From positions 3,754-67,753 of the forward strand of contig CANQJJ010000006.1 in assembly GCA_947624215.1 (NCBI GenBank): 64,000 nucleotides of DNA. The letters run 5' to 3'. The notes below the pieces were generated by a model. It saw only the letters and a program-made list of their open reading frames with translations, did not search any database and was not told the DNA's origin. The position numbers and the translations under genes were made by a program. Positions 44,501 through 51,590 of this stretch are shown in pieces. Origin of the DNA: an uncultured Clostridia bacterium. Its GTDB lineage: Bacteria > Bacillota > Clostridia > Christensenellales > Borkfalkiaceae. The stretch's first letter is position 1, and each line of letters starts with the position of its first letter.

Positions 44501-45128
44501 GCAAACGCAACGCCGCGGTGGCAGATTCCGTCGCCGCGCCGCTCTCGAGAGATTGGTCCCCCGCGAGGCGCAGATAGTATGTAAAGGTATCCCCCTCCGT
44601 GCTCTCCAAAGTCACGTAGCGGAGGGTCTTGGCGTTGATGATGTAGCCGCCGAGGGTGACGTCGTCCGCCGTGAACCCGTATACCTTTATATAATCTTGC
44701 TTTTCGGCGACCTTCATGTCTCCCTCGAAGGCGTCGCGGTAGACGACTTTACCGTTCTTGGAGAAGGATTGGTGCTTCATCTTGACGAGAACGGAATCGG
44801 AGGAGGCCTCGTTGAGGTAGTCGTCGCCGTTCTTATAGGTGGTGTTGTGGATGTCTTGCTCATACCCCGCAAGGCTGGCGACCGCCGAGCCCTCCGAGAC
44901 GATCTTGTAGCTTTGCAGCTCGCTCTGCTTCTGCAAGAAGGCATAGACCGCGTTTTCGGGCGTGAGCTGGTCGGGCGATTTGTTCGTTTCGAGCGTCGTC
45001 GAACTGCCGCTCTCGACCGTGGGCGTTTCCCCCTTGGGAAGGTCGAGGGTGCATGCCCCCACCCCCGCCGCCGTAGCAAGAATACAGCCGCCGGCCAGGA
45101 AGGTCATCAGAACTTTTGATATTCTCAT
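41523..45128 (-). CDS. Large lipoprotein (1201 aa), function unknown
   Basis: Lipobox signal MRISKVLMTFLAGGCILATAAGVGAC. Long uninterrupted ORF with its own promoter and terminator. I recognised no domain. Confidence 0.8.
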   Translation of the reverse strand: MRISKVLMTFLAGGCILATAAGVGACTLDLPKGETPTVESGSSTTLETNKSPDQLTPENAVYAFLQKQSELQSYKIVSEGSAVASLAGYEQDIHNTTYKNGDDYLNEASSDSVLVKMKHQSFSKNGKVVYRDAFEGDMKVAEKQDYIKVYGFTADDVTLGGYIINAKTLRYVTLESTEGDTFTYYLRLAGDQSLESGAATESATAALRLQSKAYGSLDNLPAYSDVDIHLTVKKDWTPVSYTSSCSYDAKKVFNMSVEQNITCTYSSVNEAVAIPDVDAFNSMIGSTPSEIEQVTEQDPAMQMLSAFGNTLDEKSELALPVSVKLGVAEGVKTLQGNLSLALKQAGLASGDYLNAFTLRLDLGLSEIPLLSGLANALSLRYVGDGVLLLTLENKTETATSKVLSYPIDLKDRLPQGDALQPEQLKETLNAFVTFEKTEAGYTVTLKAAALEKLNAAYAGLLESLKTTLGDFLPSLLDLTFDGLKLELATATAEGKETITGLSAALDSTPAERTGEAIGFDIEIGLPLSQMLMGSFAGDLELRLNPAALWADNYAIALGHLHLGLTPASIILQMVGGFAPAGSLPPFVGPALNSLDVYYAGDGVLTLALNNMEQDPLFVTQIDLKTVQMPALPANGAAMLLSEFRFEKKANGVLFALGAPIVEAVNAAYGQLVQTAADYVAQSAGDLMGPIAGALIQSMIGAQITNLEFFLGTNDDGKVMFDFAIKGIPQYDDNEDYSERRLLALTFTDRDPLTPEQQTALSACKETADALLAQNAKDNETADAFAKKLQPYIENVALTEEYIPAVDALKEEFDAFPANVQTLVSNASYMADTSYNGETYSKLHVIYELYLARAEAFKALLPEDDDYKGFENWDAINSLYDKADTSHQYDLGVDIPAVKDSVGMKTYIGETRITAYETARDTHENPLVLQLIDKIAASKAKYETATTHDDLTEALTEIVKDFKPAYDKLTAKNQKLVTNYQDYVATIYEKNIDEATAEYETVKGELEKLIEQGKEAKIEDLLKTMKKLSAAYALYNGNDFWTSNLYNGTTMAWGNTWVSDLKPTWLAEAEQTALDKKVTALTELDNELIKGETEKTVATALKDVIKQAGQALYDQIGECKIDGKDGTKWDFTKFDTETDDEKAALLEQLHGFRFMFSRVLPTEEGNAIWDSDADLKNFAIRFVQYEREFAAYLAKNAEELQA

Positions 45129-45190
45129 ATGTCATCCCTTTGGTACAGGTGGAATTGGGAGAAGCCTCCCTGCTGTATGTACCAAAATCA

Positions 45191-45219
45191 AGTATACACC
45201 TTGCATGACAGTTTGTCAA
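45191..45219 (-). promoter_or_regulatory. Candidate promoter, TTGACA-17 nt-TATACT (minus strand), for the 1201-aa lipoprotein gene
   Basis: Plus strand shows agtata at 45191-45196 and tgtcaa at 45214-45219. Confidence 0.55.
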
Positions 45220-45303
45220 ATAGTAATAAGAAATTATGACAATTTTTTTTGGGTATGACAAAAATTTTTTTGCGGGAGGAAGGCAGGCGGCGGAAAAGAA
45301 GGG

Positions 45304-45344
45304 TTGCCAAACGCGCGCGCATGTGATATAATGTGTGATATAAT
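45304..45344 (+). promoter_or_regulatory. Promoter, TTGCCA-17 nt-TGaTATAAT, with a second GTGATATAAT copy 12 nt downstream
   Basis: ttgcca at 45304-45309 and tgatataat ending at 45332. A duplicate gtgatataat lies at 45335-45344. It is divergent from the lipoprotein promoter and about 85-95 nt upstream of the ATG at 45427. Confidence 0.7.
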
Positions 45345-45426
45345 GGAAAAAACGGGGGAGCGGAGCCCGTTCGCGCCTTAGCGGACCCCCATTCCCACCC
45401 ATGCGGGCAGGATACAGGAGAAAAAA

Positions 45427-47463
45427 ATGTCTTTGTGGAAAGAAAATATATGCAGCAATTGCGGGGCGATGGTGGACCCGCGGGAGGCCGTGGACGGCGT
45501 GCTCAAATGCCGTCACTGCGGCATGCCTCTCACTTTCCCCAAGCCCGATTCCAAGGTGTTGTCTTTTTTACAACAGGGCGAGCACGACTTGGACAGCCGT
45601 GATTTCGAACGCGCCTATGCGGCGTATTCCAAGGCCGCCGAACTCGACCCTACCGAGCCCGAGGCCTACTTCGGCATGGCACTTGCGACCTTCAAGGTGC
45701 AATACCTCAAAGACGAGGTGCACGGGTGTCTGCAACCCATCTGCTATGAGATCTCGGAGGACAAATTTACCGAGGATCCCAACTACAAAAAGGCCCTCGA
45801 ATTTGCCACGAGTGAGCAAAAAGAGGTATACCATGTCCGCGGTAAGGCCATCGACAGCATCCGCGAGGAGTTCTATGAATTTGAAAAGAGCGGGCTCTGG
45901 TACGATTGTTTCCTGTGTGCCAAAGTGAGCGAATCCGACGGGAGCCATACGGCCGACTGCGAGCGCGCGAACGACATTTACCACTACCTCAAAGACAACG
46001 GCTACAAGCCATTCTTCTCGGAGCGGGAGGTGAAGGGGCGCGTGGGGAGCGCCTACGAGGCCTTCATTCTGTACGCGCTCTATAAGTCGGAGTGCATGCT
46101 CATCGTGTGCTCGGACGAGGCGTATTTGCAGACCAAGTGGGTGAAGAACGAGTATCTCCGCTTTTTGAAGATGATGAAGGACGAAGACAAGGAGCGGGAC
46201 GCGCTGACCTTTGTGTTCTGCGGCAAGCCCATTGAAAAACTCCCTTTTGGCACGAGTAAAAAAATCCAAGGCATTGATTTTTCCAAAGAGCGTGACGCGT
46301 ACCCGTTGATCACAAAGTATGTCGAGGAGCACACCCCCGCAGCCCGTGCGAAGCGGCTTGCCATGGAGCAGGCCCGTGTCGCCGAGGAGAAACGCAGACA
46401 GGAGGAGGATGAGCGCCGCCGCGAGGAGGATCAAAAGCGCGAGGAAGAATTGAGGATGTTGCGAGAGAAAGTCGCACAAATGGAAACCGAGCGTTCCCCT
46501 GCGGCCCTGCTCGCCATGCTGCGCCAAGCCGAAGAGGAGGAGCGGAAGTGCAAGGAAGAGGAACTCAGGCAAAAACCGTGGCTGGCCTCCGATTACCCCA
46601 CGCTCGAAAACTACGACAAAGATCTCTTTGAGATCGACGGGGCAACACTTGTCAAGTTTAAGCAGAAAGAGTTCCAAGGCGAAGTCAAGATCCCCCTCGG
46701 TGTAACGTCGATTGGGGATTCTGCGTTCTCGGGTTGCAGCGGACTGACGGGAGACTTGAAAATCCCTGACAGCGTGACCTCAATTGGGGAGTGTGCGTTT
46801 AGGAATTGCTGCGGGCTTACGAGTGTGGCGATAGGCAGTAGCGTAACCTCGATTGGAGATAATGCGTTCTGGGGTTGCAGTGGGCTGAAGAGCATCGCGA
46901 TTCCCACGAGCGTGACCTCAATCGGAGGTAATGCTTTTTCTCATTGCAGTGGACTGACAAGTATCACCATCCCCAAAAGCGTAACCTCGATTGGGAATGA
47001 CGCATTCGATGATTGCCCTAGCTTAACGAGTATCACCATTCCCGCCGGCGTGACCTCGATTGGAGATCACGCGTTCTGGGGTTGCAGAAGCTTGACGAGT
47101 ATCACCATCCCCGACAGCGTGACCTCAATTGGAGATTGCGCGTTCTACGGTTGCAGTGGACTGACGAGTATCACCATTCCGGACAGCGTGACCTCAATTG
47201 GAGAATTGGCGTTCAGTGATTGCAGTGGTCTGACAAGCATCACCATTCCGGACAGCGTGACCTCAATTGGAGAATCCGCATTCTACGGTTGCAGTGGACT
47301 GACGAGTATCACCATTCCGGACAGCGTGACCTCAATTGGAGAGTGGGCATTCGATGATTGTCCGAATCTTACTATCTATTGCGAAGCTGAAAGCCAGCCC
47401 GAAGGATGGGATGAATATTGGAATCATTCTAATTGCCCTGTCGTTTGGGGATATAAAGGATAA
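45427..47463 (+). CDS. Cytoplasmic Zn-ribbon / TPR-like / TIR domain / coiled-coil / BspA-type LRR protein (678 aa)
   Basis: CAGGAG RBS 6 nt upstream. Zn-ribbon CSNC..(x16)..CRHC. TIR-like core from YDCFLCAKVSE to IVCSDEAYLQTKWVKNEYLRF (Glu242). E/R/K-rich coiled coil at about aa 303-385. Ten 23-aa repeats of the form VTSIGxxAFxxCSGLTSITIPDS. No signal peptide or TM segment. Confidence 0.85.
   Translation: MSLWKENICSNCGAMVDPREAVDGVLKCRHCGMPLTFPKPDSKVLSFLQQGEHDLDSRDFERAYAAYSKAAELDPTEPEAYFGMALATFKVQYLKDEVHGCLQPICYEISEDKFTEDPNYKKALEFATSEQKEVYHVRGKAIDSIREEFYEFEKSGLWYDCFLCAKVSESDGSHTADCERANDIYHYLKDNGYKPFFSEREVKGRVGSAYEAFILYALYKSECMLIVCSDEAYLQTKWVKNEYLRFLKMMKDEDKERDALTFVFCGKPIEKLPFGTSKKIQGIDFSKERDAYPLITKYVEEHTPAARAKRLAMEQARVAEEKRRQEEDERRREEDQKREEELRMLREKVAQMETERSPAALLAMLRQAEEEERKCKEEELRQKPWLASDYPTLENYDKDLFEIDGATLVKFKQKEFQGEVKIPLGVTSIGDSAFSGCSGLTGDLKIPDSVTSIGECAFRNCCGLTSVAIGSSVTSIGDNAFWGCSGLKSIAIPTSVTSIGGNAFSHCSGLTSITIPKSVTSIGNDAFDDCPSLTSITIPAGVTSIGDHAFWGCRSLTSITIPDSVTSIGDCAFYGCSGLTSITIPDSVTSIGELAFSDCSGLTSITIPDSVTSIGESAFYGCSGLTSITIPDSVTSIGEWAFDDCPNLTIYCEAESQPEGWDEYWNHSNCPVVWGYKG
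46702..47394 (+). repeat. Ten tandem 69-bp (one 72-bp) coding repeats forming the LRR array; the last five are near-identical at the DNA level
   Basis: Examples: gtgacctcaattggaga(ttgc|attg|atcc|gtgg)gc(g|a)ttc....tgcagtgg(a|t)ctgac(g|a)ag(t|c)atcaccattccggacagc. The repeats start at 46702 and then fall into register every 69 nt from 46774. Confidence 0.9.
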
Positions 47464-47517
47464 TTGGCAAGCAGACGGAAGACGGGCATACCATGTCTGA
47501 GGGGGAGGCTCACGGAG

Positions 47518-48459
47518 ATGGAGAATATGGATGAAAATTCAGAAGCGATCGTGCTCTTTTGCAGCCATCTCGCAGGCGAGGGTGCCAAGCCGCTCGGGCC
47601 CAAGGAGTGGAGCGATCTCTCCCATTTGCTCGCGGAGAAAAATCTCTCCCCCGCCGCCCTGCTCCGCCAAACGGAGGCAGAACTTCGCGACATGCTCGGC
47701 TTTGACAGTGAGTTTGCCTCCCGCCTCAGGCGGCTTGCAGACAGAAAAGCGCGCCTTGCCGCCGAGCTCGAACAGCGCCGTGGCATGGGTATTCATCTCA
47801 TCACCGCCGCCGATGAAAAGTTTCCCGCCAAGCTCAAAGAGGGGCTGGGCAAAACGTGTCCCCCGCTTCTCTACTGTGCGGGGGATCTGAGCCTGCTCGG
47901 GCATGCCGCCGCGGGCTATGTCGGCTCGCGGAGGGCGGAGGAGGAGGCCTGCGCATTCGCGCGGAGAGCCGTGGAGAAGACGGCCGCGCGGGGATACGGC
48001 GTCGTATCGGGCGGGGCGCGGGGCATCGACAGCGTCTCGGCACAAAGAGCGCTCGAGCTCGGCTCCTTCGCCATCGAATATCTTGCAGACGATTTGACAA
48101 AGTGCTTGCAGAGCGGCCGCACGGAGCGGGCAGTGGAGGAGGGCAGGCTGCTCTTGCTCACGGCCGTCGCCCCCGGGGAGCCCTTCCACATCCGCAATGC
48201 CTTGATACGCAACAAGTTCATCTACACGCAGTCGGAGGGGACTGTCGTCGTGCGGGCCGATTTCCATACGGGCGGGACCTGGAGGGGCGCTACGGAGGCC
48301 CTTTTCAGCGGACGGTGCACGGTGTTTTGCTGGGAAAATGCCAACTACCCCGGCAACCTCGGGCTCATCGCAAAGGGTGCCGTCCCCATCGGAGAGGGGT
48401 GGGACGGAGACCTCGCTTCCCCGCCCAAAAAGGCTGTTCAGACGAGCCTGTTCGATTGA
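47518..48459 (+). CDS. Divergent DprA/Smf-family (SLOG superfamily) protein (313 aa)
   Basis: The ATG at 47518 has GGGGGAGG 9 nt upstream (the ORF track started at a TTG at 47464). N-terminal helical SAM/HhH-like region. The DprA Rossmann core aligns by eye to B. subtilis Smf: ...PPLLYCAGDLSLL, YVGSRRA, VVSGGARGIDSVSAQRALE, LLLLTAVAPGEPF.IRN..IRNKFI and VVVRA....GGTW. Confidence 0.75.
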   Translation: MENMDENSEAIVLFCSHLAGEGAKPLGPKEWSDLSHLLAEKNLSPAALLRQTEAELRDMLGFDSEFASRLRRLADRKARLAAELEQRRGMGIHLITAADEKFPAKLKEGLGKTCPPLLYCAGDLSLLGHAAAGYVGSRRAEEEACAFARRAVEKTAARGYGVVSGGARGIDSVSAQRALELGSFAIEYLADDLTKCLQSGRTERAVEEGRLLLLTAVAPGEPFHIRNALIRNKFIYTQSEGTVVVRADFHTGGTWRGATEALFSGRCTVFCWENANYPGNLGLIAKGAVPIGEGWDGDLASPPKKAVQTSLFD

Positions 48460-48597
48460 ACAGACCGCGTTGCCCATACCCATGCCCGAGACCCCTATCG
48501 CTCAAGATTCACTCGGGTCCTTGAGGGACCCTCGGGACTTTGCACAGGCCCTGTCGCCACCCCACCCCCCTCCCCCCCTCCCATGGAGGGGGCACGC

Positions 48598-48706
48598 TGC
48601 ACGGGCTTGGGGACCAAGGGGGCACGCTTTGCACGGGCTCGGGTGCCAAAGGAGCGCTCACACGGGCTTGGGGACCAAGGGGGCACGCATGCACGGGCTT
48701 GGGCGC
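48598..48706. repeat. About 3.5 tandem copies of a ~31-bp GC-rich unit, GCACGGGCTTGGGGACCAAGGGGGCACGC
   Basis: Copies at 48598-48627, 48630-48657 (degenerate), 48661-48689 and 48691-48706 (partial). Each contains a cttgg-gga-ccaag mini-hairpin. The region is noncoding and lies between the DprA-like gene and the terminator. Confidence 0.85.
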
Positions 48707-48724
48707 TATGTTGCATTTTCTATT

Positions 48725-48752
48725 GAAAAAACCCGCGGGAGGCGGGTTTTTC
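48725..48752. terminator. Bidirectional intrinsic terminator between the convergent DprA-like and Opp-operon transcripts
   Basis: gaaaaaa-acccgc-gggag-gcgggt-ttttt: stem 48731-48736 with 48742-48747, flanked by an A-run and a T-run. Confidence 0.75.
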
Positions 48753-48787
48753 TCTTAAAATTCTTTCTGAACTTCCTTTCAGAGATC

Positions 48788-49051
48788 TTATGTCCATTGG
48801 CCTGTGAGGAGCATCAGCAGAACGAACACCATCGTCATTGCAAGAAGCGTCACGAGCAGGGGCAGGATCATGTGCTTGACCGTCGTGATGTAGGTATGCC
48901 ACTTCTCCTTCATCGTCGACTTCTTGCGCGGCGGGCCGCTCCGTGTGCCGCTCATGTCGGCGACCGTCGATCCGTCGTCGATGTAGACGATCTTCTGCTC
49001 CTTTTTCTTGGGGGCGTCTTCCGCTTGGGCGGGGTCCCTGCGCTTTTTCAT
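48788..49051 (-). CDS. Small membrane protein (87 aa), unknown function
   Basis: The ATG at 49051 overlaps the oppF-like stop (ATGA), with AGGAGG upstream. Basic N-terminus MKKRRDPAQ... and one C-terminal TM segment ILPLLVTLLAMTMVFVLLMLL. Confidence 0.6.
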   Translation of the reverse strand: MKKRRDPAQAEDAPKKKEQKIVYIDDGSTVADMSGTRSGPPRKKSTMKEKWHTYITTVKHMILPLLVTLLAMTMVFVLLMLLTGQWT

Positions 49052-50268
49052 GCTTCCTCCTGCGGATAGCAATGGCAGGCCACGAAATGCCCGGGCTCGT
49101 ATTCCTTATACACGGGCGCGACATGCTTGCAGATCTCCATGCACTTGGGGCAGCGCGTGTGGAACTTGCACCCCTTGGGCGGGTCTGCGGGCGAAGGGAT
49201 GTCTCCCTTCAAGACGATGCGGTCCATCTTGATGTCGGGATTGGGATTGGGCACGGCCGAGAAGAGCGCCTGCGTGTACGGGTGCATCGGGTGGGAGAAG
49301 ATGGACTTCTTGTCGCCGAATTCCACCATGGAGCCAAGGTACATGACGCCGATCCTGTCGGAGATGTGTTTGACGACGGAGAGGTCGTGCGAGATGAACA
49401 CGTAGGTGAGCCCTCTCTGCTTCTGCAAACGGCGGAGAAGGTTGATGATCTGGGCCTGTATGGAGACGTCGAGCGCGGACACGGGCTCATCGCAGACGAC
49501 GAGCTTGGGGTTCACCGACAGCGCGCGGGCGATGCAGATACGCTGGCGCTGGCCGCCCGAGAACTCATGCGGATAGCGCTCGAAATAGTAATCCCTGAGG
49601 CCGCACTGGTCCATGACGTCGAGGACGTAGTCCTTGGTCTTCTCCTTGGGCACAATGTTGTGCACGCGCACGGGCTCGGAGAGGATGCCCCCCACCGTGC
49701 TGCGGGGCGGGAGCGAGGAATACGGGTCCTGGAAGATGATCTGCATCTGCGTGCGCAGGGGCCGCATGCCGGCAGAATTGTAGGGCGCGATGTCCTTCCC
49801 GTCAAAGAAGATCTGCCCGCCCGTGGGCTTGTAGAGTTTTAAGATGGCACGGCCCATGGTCGTCTTGCCGCAGCCGGATTCCCCGACGATGCCGAGCGTC
49901 TCGCCCGCTTTGAGGGTAAAGGAGACGTCGTCTACGGCACGGAGCCACACCTTGACCTTCCCGCCGATGGTCTTTTTGAGCGGGAAATACATTTTGAGGT
50001 GGCGCACTTCGAGGAGCGCATCGGGATCGGGCTCGCGCGTTTTATCCTCTTCGGCCTTCTGCTCGCGCGCGGTCGCCTCTTTTCTCGCCTGTAATTCGTC
50101 GTCGAAGCCCTCGAAATCTCCCGAGGCGATGCACGCGGCGTTGTTGGCCTCGCGCTCTTCTTCGGTGAGCTCTGTGCGGGTTTCCTGCGTTTTTGCATCG
50201 GCATCCTCAGACATGGGTGCCCCGTTTTCTGTCTCTTCGAGCGTTTCGTCCTTCTTCTCGTCTATCAT
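49048..50268 (-). CDS. oppF: Oligopeptide/dipeptide-type ABC transporter ATP-binding protein (OppF-like) with an ~85-aa acidic N-terminal extension
   Basis: Walker A GESGCGKTT, signature FSGGQRQR, Walker B LVVCDEPVSALD. C-terminal oligopeptide-ABC motif PSP.DPP.GC.F..RC. Confidence 0.9.
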   Translation of the reverse strand: MIDEKKDETLEETENGAPMSEDADAKTQETRTELTEEEREANNAACIASGDFEGFDDELQARKEATAREQKAEEDKTREPDPDALLEVRHLKMYFPLKKTIGGKVKVWLRAVDDVSFTLKAGETLGIVGESGCGKTTMGRAILKLYKPTGGQIFFDGKDIAPYNSAGMRPLRTQMQIIFQDPYSSLPPRSTVGGILSEPVRVHNIVPKEKTKDYVLDVMDQCGLRDYYFERYPHEFSGGQRQRICIARALSVNPKLVVCDEPVSALDVSIQAQIINLLRRLQKQRGLTYVFISHDLSVVKHISDRIGVMYLGSMVEFGDKKSIFSHPMHPYTQALFSAVPNPNPDIKMDRIVLKGDIPSPADPPKGCKFHTRCPKCMEICKHVAPVYKEYEPGHFVACHCYPQEEA

Positions 50269-51587
50269 TTGGTCTCCTTATCGTAGAGGTGGCAGGCAAC
50301 GAAATGCGTGGGGCTCACCTGCACCATGGGCGGATATTCGCCGAAGCACGCCTTTACGCAACCTGAGCAGCGCTCGCGGAAGTAGCAGTAGTCGGGCATG
50401 TCGATGGGGTTGGGAACGTTGCCCGGGATATTGAAGAGCGAATCGCTCTCGGAGTCCATCGTGGGCTTGGATTTTTGCAACCCGATCGTGTAGGGATGTT
50501 TGGGATGGTGGAAGATCTCCGAGGCCGTCCCGCGTTCGATGATGCGGCCCGCGTACATGACGACGACGTAGTCCGCCATCTCGGCGATGATGCCGAGGTC
50601 GTGCGTGATGAGCAGGATGGAGCCGTTGATGCGCTGTTTCAGATCGCGCAAGAGGTCCAAGATCTGGGCCTGTATGGTGACGTCGAGCGCCGTCGTGGGC
50701 TCGTCTGCGATGATGAGGCGGGGGTCGCCCGCGAGAGCCATGGAGATCATGACGCGCTGGCGCATGCCGCCCGAGAGCTCGTGGGGATAGGACTTATAGA
50801 CGCGCTCGGGCATGGCGATGCCGACGAGGTCGAGCATCTCGATGGAGCGGCGCTTTGCATCCTCCTTGGTTGCCCCGGGGAAGTGCAGCAGGGTCACTTC
50901 GTCGAGCTGGTTGCCGATCGTGAAGACGGGGTTGAGGCTGGTCATGGGCTCCTGGAAGATCATCGCGATCTGGCGCCCGCGCAGGCGGTACATCTCCTTG
51001 GTGGGCATTTGGGCGATGTCGTAGGTCTTCTCCTCCATCTCGAACTGCAAGGTGCCGTAGGCGTCGCGCTTCTGGCGGCGCACCATGACGGGCTTGCCCT
51101 CTTTGTCGAGCTTGGGGTTCCCCTTCCTGTCTTTTGCTTCGTCATATTGCGGGTTGCCCGCTTCGTCGTCGTCCCAAATGGGGATGGGCTCCCCCTTTTC
51201 ATCGCGCTTGTAGTCGTAAGATTTGAAGCGGATACTGCCCGAATAGATCTGCCCGGCGGGGCCTTGCAACAGCTGCATCACGGACATGCTGGTCACCGAT
51301 TTGCCGCAACCCGATTCCCCGACGACGCCGACGGTGGAGCCCTGCGGGATCTCGAACGAGACGCCGTTGACGGCTTTTACCACGCCTTGGTCGGTGAAAA
51401 AGTAGGTGTGCAGATCTTCGATCTCGAGGATGTTGGCGGGATCCTTCATCTCGGAGAGGAATTCGCTCTCCGCGGCCTTGCGCTTCTTTCTCTTTTCGAG
51501 CGCGCGCGTGATCTTTGCATTTTCCTTGGCAATGGAACGGACTTCTTTGCCCGTAAGATAGTGCCGGTTCTTTTTTTCTTCTGCCAT
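50265..51587 (-). CDS. oppD: Oligopeptide/dipeptide-type ABC transporter ATP-binding protein (OppD-like) with an N-terminal extension and an internal ~65-aa charged insertion
   Basis: Walker [10 protein letters not shown], signature LSGGMRQR, Walker [13 protein letters not shown]. The insertion [65 protein letters not shown] lies between Walker A and the Q-loop region. Confidence 0.9.
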   Translation of the reverse strand: MAEEKKNRHYLTGKEVRSIAKENAKITRALEKRKKRKAAESEFLSEMKDPANILEIEDLHTYFFTDQGVVKAVNGVSFEIPQGSTVGVVGESGCGKSVTSMSVMQLLQGPAGQIYSGSIRFKSYDYKRDEKGEPIPIWDDDEAGNPQYDEAKDRKGNPKLDKEGKPVMVRRQKRDAYGTLQFEMEEKTYDIAQMPTKEMYRLRGRQIAMIFQEPMTSLNPVFTIGNQLDEVTLLHFPGATKEDAKRRSIEMLDLVGIAMPERVYKSYPHELSGGMRQRVMISMALAGDPRLIIADEPTTALDVTIQAQILDLLRDLKQRINGSILLITHDLGIIAEMADYVVVMYAGRIIERGTASEIFHHPKHPYTIGLQKSKPTMDSESDSLFNIPGNVPNPIDMPDYCYFRERCSGCVKACFGEYPPMVQVSPTHFVACHLYDKETK

Positions 51588-51590
51588 AGC

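Noticed and set aside
41508-45119. 1203-aa plus-strand ORF mirroring the 1201-aa lipoprotein gene
   Set aside because: The minus-strand frame has a lipobox signal peptide, an RBS, a promoter and a terminator. The plus frame has none and reads as Arg/Gly/Val-rich sequence.
47464-47517. TTG-initiated extension of the DprA-like ORF starting directly after the TIR-gene stop
   Set aside because: The ATG at 47518 has a strong GGGGGAGG Shine-Dalgarno at ideal spacing, and the extension would contain that RBS. It remains a formal alternative.
45427-48459. Classification as a canonical Thoeris system
   Set aside because: No ThsA-type SIR2, Macro or TM effector gene is adjacent. The TIR protein carries its own LRR array and the partner is DprA-like, so only the general TIR-plus-SLOG logic is shared.
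48338-49069. 243-aa plus-strand ORF (and 47856..48524) reading through the 31-bp repeats
   Set aside because: It overlaps the 3' end of the DprA-like gene, crosses a terminator and reads antisense into the Opp operon. The repeat-derived peptide HGLGTKGAR is an artefact.
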